The notes below the pieces were generated by a model that saw only the letters and a list, made by a program, of their open reading frames with translations, made no database searches and was not told the DNA's origin. Position numbers and translations under genes: made by a program. 64,000 bases of DNA, from positions 32,001 to 96,000 of the forward strand of contig CAVQRT010000008.1 in NCBI GenBank assembly GCA_963715195.1, given 5' to 3'. Shown here piece by piece: positions 47,812-55,231 of the stretch (position 1 is its first letter; every line of letters starts with the position of its first letter). This stretch comes from Thermodesulfovibrionales bacterium. Its GTDB lineage: Bacteria > Nitrospirota > Thermodesulfovibrionia > Thermodesulfovibrionales > SM23-35.

Positions 47812-47901
47812 CCTCGCAGCTTGCTGCGGGGTTAGCGAGCGAATATGGAAATAATAACTCCTTGCGATAAGATACCTCGCAGCTCTGCTGCGGGGTTCTT
47901 C
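47812..47901. mobile_element. PATE-like non-autonomous IS200/IS605-type element
   Basis: Two directly repeated hairpins CCTCGCAGCTTGCTGCGGGG and CCTCGCAGCTCTGCTGCGGGG about 63 bp apart, no ORF. Confidence 0.6.
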
Positions 47902-47913
47902 ATTGTGTAAAGA

Positions 47914-48687
47914 TTACTTCGTGGTGATGTAGGTGTTCAGCCCCATAAGAGTCCTGATCTCCTGGGCGCGCAGTTTAGCTTTTTCCATCTCAGTAAACTC
48001 CCCAACCTGGACCTTGTGAACAGTTTCGCCGTTTTCGGATGTTACTGTGGTTAAGCTAACATCGTATCCATTGTTATCCAGCTTCTCCTGAAGCCCTTTT
48101 GCATTGAGGAGGTTTTTGAAGGCACCGACCTGAACAGTATATATTTTCTTCCCGATATCTGTGGGCCTCTGTACAGATTCATTTGCTGCTTCATCGGTAT
48201 CCTCCGGAGCCTTCACCTGTTCCGTTTCTGCGGGCAAGGGTAAATCAGCCGGCTCCTCAGCTTCATCTAATAAATCATTCTCTTCCGCAATCTCCTCTTC
48301 CGACATTTTCTGCCGGCATTTCGCAATACTCTCGAGCAGGGATTTTACCCGCGGATGATCAGCGCCAAATGATGGTTCAGTTATTTTCTTTGACCGTTCA
48401 TAGAGGGCTGCTGCTTCCGCATATTTCCCCTGAGCATAGTAAATGACTGCCAGGTTGTTCAGAAAAGGTGCTATCTGGTGATTGTCAGCACCCATGGTTT
48501 CCTCTGCAATCTTGAGAGCGCGTTCGGATAGCTCAGCGGCCTCATCGTATTTCCCTTGCTCGTACAGGCTCACAACCGTGTCATTGAGGACCTTCAAGGT
48601 CTCACCGTCTGCAGAGACAGCAGAGTTGAAGATGAGAAGAAAGGAAAGAGCAATGATCGTTCGTAAAAAGGTATGTTTATTATTCAT
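47914..48687 (-). CDS. Exported TPR + SPOR domain protein
   Basis: Start ATG 48687 after AGAGGGGG; signal peptide; TPR (LNNLA.IY..QGKY.EA); SPOR YTVQVGAF...HKVQVG.F. Confidence 0.85.
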   Translation of the reverse strand: MNNKHTFLRTIIALSFLLIFNSAVSADGETLKVLNDTVVSLYEQGKYDEAAELSERALKIAEETMGADNHQIAPFLNNLAVIYYAQGKYAEAAALYERSKKITEPSFGADHPRVKSLLESIAKCRQKMSEEEIAEENDLLDEAEEPADLPLPAETEQVKAPEDTDEAANESVQRPTDIGKKIYTVQVGAFKNLLNAKGLQEKLDNNGYDVSLTTVTSENGETVHKVQVGEFTEMEKAKLRAQEIRTLMGLNTYITTK

Positions 48688-48740
48688 TTGAACCCCCTCT
48701 GTGTGTCCCTGAGCTTGTCGAAGGGTCTCGTTGTTTTCAC

Positions 48741-48775
48741 TTGGACCCTTGGACCCCTCTGAATCCTCGAATCCT
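48741..48775. repeat. Short 8-9 bp tandem repeats (TTGAATCC/TTGGACCC family)
   Basis: CACTTGGACCCTTGGACCCCTCTGAATCCTCGAATCCT; same family at 50003-50062, 50111-50140 and 52018-52053. Confidence 0.7.
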
Positions 48776-48779
48776 ACTT

Positions 48780-49490
48780 TTATATCTTGCCCACCCGTCC
48801 CCGAATTTTCAGGAGATCGAAAAACATCTGCACGGAATCCGTCAGCGGGTTCACCTTCGACTGCGGTGAATTGACCCATGTGATCGGAACCTCGCGGACC
48901 CTGTAGCCGTTTTTCTTTGCGAGGGCAAGGATTTCAACATCATAGGCAAACCGGTTTATCCGCGCCTGCTTGAACAGGCTCCTTGCACTTTCACCGGTAA
49001 ACAATTTGAACCCGCACTGCGTGTCATCAAACTCGTCTATGACCAGGGTTTTCACAATCTTATTGAATAATTTACCCATGTTCTGACGCCACCATGGCTG
49101 TTTCTTTAGGATCTGGCTGAGGGCGAGCGCCCTCGAACCAATGGCGATGTCACACGTATTATTATGAACGAAATGCAATAATTTGGAAAGTTCCTCAATA
49201 GGTGTGGAGAGGTCAGCGTCTGTCAGGAGCACAAAATCCCCTTTCGACGAGAGAACCCCCGTTCTCAGGGCATATCCTTTCCCCATATTGGTATCGTAGC
49301 CGATGACGTTCAGTTGGGGGATTTGGGGAATTTTTTCTGTCGCAACCCGGCGCGTATTATCTTTACTGCCGTCATCAACAACAATGATTTCGCATTCCAT
49401 GTTTTTGGAATTGCAGAAATCCCGGATGGCAAACAGGGAAGGGATGATCCTCTTCTCTTCGTTGTATGCAGCAACGATAATCGAAATCAT
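48780..49490 (-). CDS. Polyprenol-phosphate glycosyltransferase (dolichyl-P beta-glucosyltransferase-like GT2)
   Basis: SIIVAAYNEE.RI, VVDDGSKD, NMGKG, TDADLSTP, DTQCGFKLF, FAYDVE, SKV. Confidence 0.9.
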   Translation of the reverse strand: MISIIVAAYNEEKRIIPSLFAIRDFCNSKNMECEIIVVDDGSKDNTRRVATEKIPQIPQLNVIGYDTNMGKGYALRTGVLSSKGDFVLLTDADLSTPIEELSKLLHFVHNNTCDIAIGSRALALSQILKKQPWWRQNMGKLFNKIVKTLVIDEFDDTQCGFKLFTGESARSLFKQARINRFAYDVEILALAKKNGYRVREVPITWVNSPQSKVNPLTDSVQMFFDLLKIRGRVGKI

Positions 49491-49631
49491 GATGGGAAGT
49501 ATTATATAGGATTTTAGGCAACTAAGAATCAACAAAAAACAGTAGGCAGTAGATGGTAGGTAGTAAACAGGAAAAAACAAAAACTATAACAAAACAGAAA
49601 AAACCAACAGATGAGAACCGACAGCTATTCC

Positions 49632-49904
49632 TTAAAACGCAATTCCGACCTTGTACTGATTATGCTGCTTGAGGCACCATTTGATCCGGCTGTCCTTTGG
49701 AGCATCCCAGATGTGGTCCAGATCGACCTGAAGGTTAAAGTCTTTTTTCAGAGGGATGTTTACATAGAAGCTCAGCCCCGAGTCACTAAGATCATGTGTC
49801 GAACTTTTCCCGGTAATCGTCTCATGGTCAATGCTGTAGGTATACGTAACCGGCAGATTCACGTTCAATCTTTTTTCAGCCCTTCTTTCTTTCAGAAGAA
49901 GCAT
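49632..49904 (-). CDS. Stand-alone PilZ domain protein (90 aa)
   Basis: Start ATG 49904 after GGGGGAGG; RAEKR and DLSDSG motifs; C-terminal VGIAF. Confidence 0.88.
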   Translation of the reverse strand: MLLLKERRAEKRLNVNLPVTYTYSIDHETITGKSSTHDLSDSGLSFYVNIPLKKDFNLQVDLDHIWDAPKDSRIKWCLKQHNQYKVGIAF

Positions 49905-50002
49905 ACTTCCTCCCCCCTTCTGTTTTTCTTTATATATTTCTTTATATCTACTTATAAAAAAGCACAAAATTATACATTTGTCAACTAAATTTATTAAAAA
50001 AC

Positions 50003-50062
50003 AGGGTTCAAGGGGTCGAGGGTTCAAGGATCGAGGGTTCAAAAGATTCGAGGATTCAAGTG
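50003..50062. repeat. Short tandem repeats (GGGTTCAA/GGATTCGA)
   Basis: About 7 degenerate 8-9 bp units ending in CAAGTG. Confidence 0.7.
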
Positions 50063-50110
50063 AAAACAACGAGATCCTTCGACATTCTCAGGATGACACA
50101 CAGAGAAGGC

Positions 50111-50350
50111 TCAAGGATTCAGGGGGTTAAGGGGTTCGAGCCTGATTGTTATGGATTTCTTGGGTTTTTTAACAAACCGTATCTTCGCTGATTCTGTATC
50201 CTTATGATAATCCTCAAAACTGTGCTTATCCCAAAACTCTGCAGTTTCTTTGTCTGTCTTGAATACCGGTATCTTTTTCATTTCATTTACCAACTCAATT
50301 CAAAATATTTCTTTTCCCATACATTCATGTCTCTTGCTGTCGAGAGAATC
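50111..50350 (-). pseudogene. BrnT toxin C-terminal remnant plus truncated BrnA/CopG-like antitoxin
   Basis: ...STARDMNVWEKKYFELSW* precedes MKKIPVFKTDKETAEFWDKH...KKSITIRL, which is cut off by the tandem repeat. Confidence 0.65.
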
Positions 50351-50397
50351 CAATAAGAGGCTCTTTTTATGCCGAAAGCCTTTTCGAAAAGCTGTTG

Positions 50398-50703
50398 TTA
50401 TCTGTCCGGCGCGGGCATTTTTTTCTTTTTCATTTTATCTAAGAGTCTCTTCCTGATTGGTTCTGCTTCTGTCTGAATCGTTGCGATTTGCTCTTTCACC
50501 GACATGTGCTTCCTTCTCTCATAACTTTTTTCTCTAATCGCATGAATCTGTTTCATGGTTTTTGATTCATTCATTGTTGTCCTCCTGAATCCAGCTTTGA
50601 GAATATCCCAAAACTGTTTTGTTACCTCCCGCTTTTCCGGTGAATCATCTGCGAAGAGGAATGAAGGCACAGACGTATCGAGATATAATTTTGTCTTCTT
50701 CAC
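50398..50703 (-). pseudogene. Deleted PIN-toxin gene fused in frame to its small partner ORF
   Basis: MKKTKLYLDTSV...T..FW (PIN N-terminus) for about 40 aa, then an internal SD AGGAGG and MNESKTMKQIHAIRE... Confidence 0.65.
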
Positions 50704-50761
50704 TAATTGATCTCCTGTCTAATTTTACCATTTTTTGACCTCACTCTTTGAGGATTAATAA

Positions 50762-50936
50762 GAACCTATCTCAAAATAGGTGTTCTGTGTTTTCTTGTCA
50801 TTCCGGGCTTGACCCGGAATCCAGTGACTTTGCCTTTTTATTATATAAAAACAAAGAGTTATGAATTGCCAATTCAATATACTACAGTCGCTGGATACCG
50901 GCCTTCGCCGGTATGACTTAATTTTGAGATAGGTTC
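50762..50936. mobile_element. MITE (175 bp) with 16-bp perfect TIRs enclosing a REP pair
   Basis: GAACCTATCTCAAAAT ... ATTTTGAGATAGGTTC; internal GTCATTCCGGGCTTGACCCGGAATCCAG and CTGGATACCGGCCTTCGCCGGTATGAC. Confidence 0.75.
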
Positions 50937-51122
50937 AAGATAAAATTGACGGCAGATATTATATTTGTGAGGGTTTGAAGACTGGTGAATTCAGTAGGAA
51001 GAATCCTGGAGGCCTTCATAGCAGGTATTATATATACACACTACAAAAGAATCTTAACAATCACTATTGCAGTAGAACAGTAAATTGCATAAAATATGAT
51101 TATCAGATTTTAAGGAACAAGC

Positions 51123-51289
51123 AAGAACTCCCTGTGCTCTTGGCGCAGGGATGAATTGCTTCCTCATCTGTGTCATTGCCCGACTTGATCGGGCAATCCA
51201 GAGAAAAGGAACTGGATTCTCCGGTCAAGCCGGAGAATGACAGTATTGAGTTTGACTTTTACGCCCTGCGCTCTTGGCGCAGGGTTCTT
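51123..51289. mobile_element. IS200/IS605-end-like miniature element enclosing a REP pair
   Basis: Terminal hairpins CCCTGTGCTCTTGGCGCAGGG and CCCTGCGCTCTTGGCGCAGGG with AAGAAC/GTTCTT ends; internal GTCATTGCCCG...CGGGCAATCCAG and CTGGATTCTCCGG...CCGGAGAATGAC. Confidence 0.65.
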
Positions 51290-51303
51290 AACGGAGGTCA
51301 ATA

Positions 51304-51585
51304 ATGGGAAAAACAATCAGCGCAACCGAAGCAGCACGAGCTTTTTCTGAAATTATTAATTCCGTCAAATATAAAGGCGAGAGTTATACGATTATCAGAG
51401 GAGGCAAGCCCGCTGCCGTCATTGTGCCGGTCAAGGCAGCAACTTCCGGTCGGATACTTAGGGAACTGCGGGCTATTATTAACAATTTGCCTAAGCTTGG
51501 GAAAGATGCCGAGAGGTTCTTAGAGGATGTTGAAGAGGATTTTAAATCTCAGCCGCCTCTCCCGGAGATGACGGCATGGGAGTGA
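51304..51585 (+). CDS. Phd/YefM family antitoxin
   Basis: ISATEAAR.FSEI...V..GE...I.RGGKP.A.IVP. Confidence 0.88.
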   Translation: MGKTISATEAARAFSEIINSVKYKGESYTIIRGGKPAAVIVPVKAATSGRILRELRAIINNLPKLGKDAERFLEDVEEDFKSQPPLPEMTAWE

Positions 51586-51977
51586 TATTTGATACAAGCG
51601 AAATCATTGCAATTGAGCGCAAAAGTCACGATATTTACCGTATTGTTGAGGGCCGCGAGGACGAACAGTTCGGCATAAGCGTTATAACGGTTGCTGAGTT
51701 GCTCCATGGGATCGAACGTGCTGATACACACACCCGGAAAATAAAACGGCAGGCATTTGTGGAGAAGGTTATCGAATTCTTTCCGGTCTTTCCGATGGAT
51801 ATTGCAGTCGCAAGAACGTATGCGAGGCTTTGGGGATCACTTTCTTTACAGGGCATCACTGTTGGAAGTCATGATCTCATCATAGCAGCAACTGCCCTCT
51901 CGATGGACTATACGATTATTACAGCAAACACAAGAGACTTCAGAAAGATAGAAGGATTAAAGTTTGAGACCCTGTGA
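51576..51977 (+). CDS. vapC: PIN-domain toxin (VapC family)
   Basis: IFDTS, SVITVAEL..G, HDLIIAATA, T.N.RDF. Confidence 0.9.
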   Translation: MGVIFDTSEIIAIERKSHDIYRIVEGREDEQFGISVITVAELLHGIERADTHTRKIKRQAFVEKVIEFFPVFPMDIAVARTYARLWGSLSLQGITVGSHDLIIAATALSMDYTIITANTRDFRKIEGLKFETL

Positions 51978-52060
51978 GAGTCTGGGAATCCTTGTTCCCT
52001 GTTTTTTCTATTTTTACACTTGACCCCTTGAATCCTTGGACCCCTTGAATCCTGTTTTTT

Positions 52061-53467
52061 TCACATTTCCACAAAATAATTCTCCCAGGCGATGTCGATC
52101 GATTCCCTGTTCATTGCTGCTGTCCTGTTGTAATAGTGGGCATCGTCGATAATATGGTCCACGATGTCTCGCGGATGGCAGGCATTGAATTTTACCCCAT
52201 ATTTTTTATAGTAATACTTTATGAGGTAGTCAAGCATATCCCTCTTGTACGGGATGCCGTTCGCCGAGGTCACCTTCATGAAGATTGCCTCGTATTCATC
52301 TTCTGACGGATGATCTATCTTGATCTTGTACCGTATCCTGCGCAGAAATGCTTCATCAACGAGGTTCTTCGGTTCAAGGTTCGTTGCGAAGATGACGATC
52401 TGGTCGAACGGGATATCGAACTTCATGCCGGTGTGAAGGGTCATGAAATCTGTCCTCCGCTCAAGGGGAACAATCCACCTGTTCAGGAGGTTCTGGGGGT
52501 CCATCTGCTGCCTGCCGAAGTCATCAACAATGAAGAGGCCGTTGTTTGCCTTCATCTGGAGGGAAGCCTCGTAGAATTTCGAGATCCCATTGAAATCGAG
52601 GTCGAGGGTCTTGAGGGTAAGTTCACCTCCGGTCATGATCACCGGCCTTTTGATCTTGATCCACCGATGATCAGTATGTTCTGCTGCCATGTCCGAATTG
52701 ACCGGGATGTGGGTTACCGGGTCAAAGATCGTGATGATCTGTCCGCCCACAATAATCGCGTGGGGCATGTAGACGGTACCGGGCAGAACTTTCCCGATTG
52801 TCTCTGCAATGGTTGTCTTCCCGTTTCCGGCAGGGCCGTAAATGAACATCGCCTTACCCGAGCTGATGGCCGGGCCGAGGCGTCTCAACAAGCGCGGGCT
52901 CAGTATCAGATGGGAGAATGCCTCTTTCACCGTGTCCTCATTCACAATGATATTCTTGATCGTCTGCACTTCCACCAGGTTCTTATACGCGTCCAAAGGC
53001 ACAGGGGCAGCTCCGACATACCTGCATATCTCGAGCAGCTCATTTGCCCGGTTCTTCCCTTGTCCGGTGATCGTAAAATTGTACGTTGCCCTGGTATATT
53101 GCGTCGCCCCCTTGACTTCGATGAATTTCTCGCGCCTCAGCGATTCGAGGGCGATGTCTACAATCGAATGGGGAAGCTTCACGTGCTCCGAGACATCGGC
53201 AATCTTGAAGTCACCCATATACAGGATGTGTTTCATGATAAGGTCGGCAATAAACGAGATATCGAGCCCTGTCTCCTCAACCGTTTTCGGGACGTCCGGT
53301 GTTTTTTGAAAGAATGTATTCAGCTCCTGGGCGGATATATAGCCGAGTTCAACCAGGTTATGACCCAGTCTTCCCCCTTTCATTCTCTGCCGTGCAACAG
53401 CAGCGGCAAGCTGCTCCTCGGTAACGACTTTCTTCTTCAGTAATTTTTCGCCTAATGTTTCCGGCAT
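52061..53467 (-). CDS. AAA+ ATPase with N-terminal MshEN-like domain
   Basis: LGEKLL...VTEEQL..A..RQ....RLGHNLVELGYIS; Walker A GPAGNGKT; Walker B FIVDD; AFLRRI. Confidence 0.85.
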   Translation of the reverse strand: MPETLGEKLLKKKVVTEEQLAAAVARQRMKGGRLGHNLVELGYISAQELNTFFQKTPDVPKTVEETGLDISFIADLIMKHILYMGDFKIADVSEHVKLPHSIVDIALESLRREKFIEVKGATQYTRATYNFTITGQGKNRANELLEICRYVGAAPVPLDAYKNLVEVQTIKNIIVNEDTVKEAFSHLILSPRLLRRLGPAISSGKAMFIYGPAGNGKTTIAETIGKVLPGTVYMPHAIIVGGQIITIFDPVTHIPVNSDMAAEHTDHRWIKIKRPVIMTGGELTLKTLDLDFNGISKFYEASLQMKANNGLFIVDDFGRQQMDPQNLLNRWIVPLERRTDFMTLHTGMKFDIPFDQIVIFATNLEPKNLVDEAFLRRIRYKIKIDHPSEDEYEAIFMKVTSANGIPYKRDMLDYLIKYYYKKYGVKFNACHPRDIVDHIIDDAHYYNRTAAMNRESIDIAWENYFVEM

Positions 53468-53480
53468 TTAGCTGACCCCC

Positions 53481-54971
53481 TTATTCTTCTTTATATTCCT
53501 TCCAGACAATCCCTGTGGTGTCGTTAAATTTGGTTATAGTCTCAGAACTCTCTATCGAACCGGTAAAGTACGGTTCGTCATCCCAGAATATTCCCTCCGG
53601 CAGAATGAATTTAACGGCTAACCGGGCATGGGGGGAAAGGTTTACGAGGTCGAACTTTCTGTTGCGGGCCCCTTTCTTTCCTTCCAGGAGGCGGATCATC
53701 AGAGAGGTCTTTTGCGGAGTTTCACTCGTATTCTGCATGACAAAAGTATAAATGCCTTTTTCAGCTTTCGCAACCCAAAAGATTATTTTGGCGTCCGTTT
53801 CCGAATCTTTTTTTAAATCAACAGATTTCTGTTCAGACCTGCCATATTCCTCAACAGACGGGTGAGTCTTTCTGAAGAGGCTGGTTGTGATGCCGGCGCT
53901 TTCGGCTTCCGTCAAAAAAATCTCGATCTTGATGTCCCGGTAAAATAATGCATCTGAAACCGCGATGCCGAGAGAGGGCTTCTTCTGCGGCTTCTCTTTT
54001 GGTTTTTCGGCTTCCGGAACCGTAATCCCTGCGGACTGGTTTTTTCCCTCACCGGGATTTGATGAATCACCCGGGGTTACAGCGGAGGTTTCGGTTGTGT
54101 CATTGCCGGCGGAAGACTGATCAATGTCGCTCTTTGGGGCAGATGATTCTGCTTTTGCCGGAGTAACTGACTTCTCCCCCGCTTTCTTCGAACCTTTCTC
54201 GCCTACTTTCCCTTGAACCTTCCCAGCTGATGCCACTTTTGTAATTACCTGATCTGGTTTTTTGTCTGCTGTATTGATTTCTGATCTGAATTTTCTATCT
54301 AAACTTCTCATCTCTGACATGGGGTCTGATTTGACGTCCTTCTTCGTTTCAGTCAAAGGAGAGATTTCGGTCGCTTTTTTATCGGCCTTCACAGGGAACT
54401 CTGTTTGTGCAGGTTCTTCGATAGGATCAGTGAGCGACGGTTTTGTTTCTGCAGGCGGAATTGGTTCCGGCTCTATCGGATCAGGCTCAGGTTTGGGTTC
54501 TGGGGGAGGGGGGATCACTACGGGTTCTGGTTTCGGTGGTTCGGGTTTCTTCTCGGGCTCCGGCTTGTGTTCAACAACCGGAAGCTCGGCTTTTGCAATC
54601 ATTGATTCTTTCTTGGGTTCCTCCGGCATGAGAGTGATGCCCTCAGGTTGTGTCTCGTTTTGAGCAATGGTTTCTGAAATGGGCTCTTCTGTCTTTGGCA
54701 CTTCAGCCGCCTCTGGCTCTTTCGGTTTTACGGCCGCGGCCTGCTGCTTGACGGGGGCTTTTGCTTTTGCCCGAGGTGCTTTGCGTGCAACCGGAGCTTT
54801 TACCGACGCTTTCCCTTCACTGACCAGATCAACGGAATAATGACCGAAAGACATCGAATAGAGACTTCCCTTGTAGATCGGGATGGATACAAGATAGGCT
54901 ATCAATACGATATGAATGAGGGATGAGTAGAAGAGATGGGGCTTAATGGTCATGTGAGCTTTATAGAGCAA
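53481..54971 (-). CDS. TonB/TolA-like membrane-anchored proline-rich protein with unrecognised C-terminal beta domain
   Basis: SSLIH anchor (SxxxH), long EP/KP-rich linker, C-terminal ~160-aa globular domain. Confidence 0.7.
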   Translation of the reverse strand: MLYKAHMTIKPHLFYSSLIHIVLIAYLVSIPIYKGSLYSMSFGHYSVDLVSEGKASVKAPVARKAPRAKAKAPVKQQAAAVKPKEPEAAEVPKTEEPISETIAQNETQPEGITLMPEEPKKESMIAKAELPVVEHKPEPEKKPEPPKPEPVVIPPPPEPKPEPDPIEPEPIPPAETKPSLTDPIEEPAQTEFPVKADKKATEISPLTETKKDVKSDPMSEMRSLDRKFRSEINTADKKPDQVITKVASAGKVQGKVGEKGSKKAGEKSVTPAKAESSAPKSDIDQSSAGNDTTETSAVTPGDSSNPGEGKNQSAGITVPEAEKPKEKPQKKPSLGIAVSDALFYRDIKIEIFLTEAESAGITTSLFRKTHPSVEEYGRSEQKSVDLKKDSETDAKIIFWVAKAEKGIYTFVMQNTSETPQKTSLMIRLLEGKKGARNRKFDLVNLSPHARLAVKFILPEGIFWDDEPYFTGSIESSETITKFNDTTGIVWKEYKEE

Positions 54972-55025
54972 TCTTACTCCTCATTCGTCGAGTCTATTAA
55001 AAGTCAATGTATAAATTCATTTTAT

Positions 55026-55053
55026 GTCATCCTCCGGCTTGACCGGGGGATCC
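55026..55053. repeat. REP-like palindrome
   Basis: GTCATCCTCCGGCTTGACCGGGGGATCC, the reverse-complement type of 19796-19822. Confidence 0.65.
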
Positions 55054-55231
55054 AAAAAGCATTAGAGACTCGATACCCGTCCGCGTTTCTTTGAATCTTC
55101 TCCACATATTCATATCTATAATATACTGATTTTTAGGCGTATTTATTACAAATATTAAACTTAAGAATGAATGGCGGCTGGTAAGGGAAGATACCACAGA
55201 GTATGCAAAATTCATAGCCCCGCTATATCCA

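Noticed and set aside
50003..50062. Repeats as a possible CRISPR array
   Set aside because: The units are 8-9 bp with no unique spacers, and no cas genes are present.
52310..53443. 377-aa plus-strand ORF
   Set aside because: It is the antisense shadow of the GC3-rich AAA ATPase and has no motifs or RBS.
54400..54800. GGTTC/GGCTC-rich low-complexity DNA
   Set aside because: It is explained by the Pro/Glu/Lys linker of the TonB-like protein.
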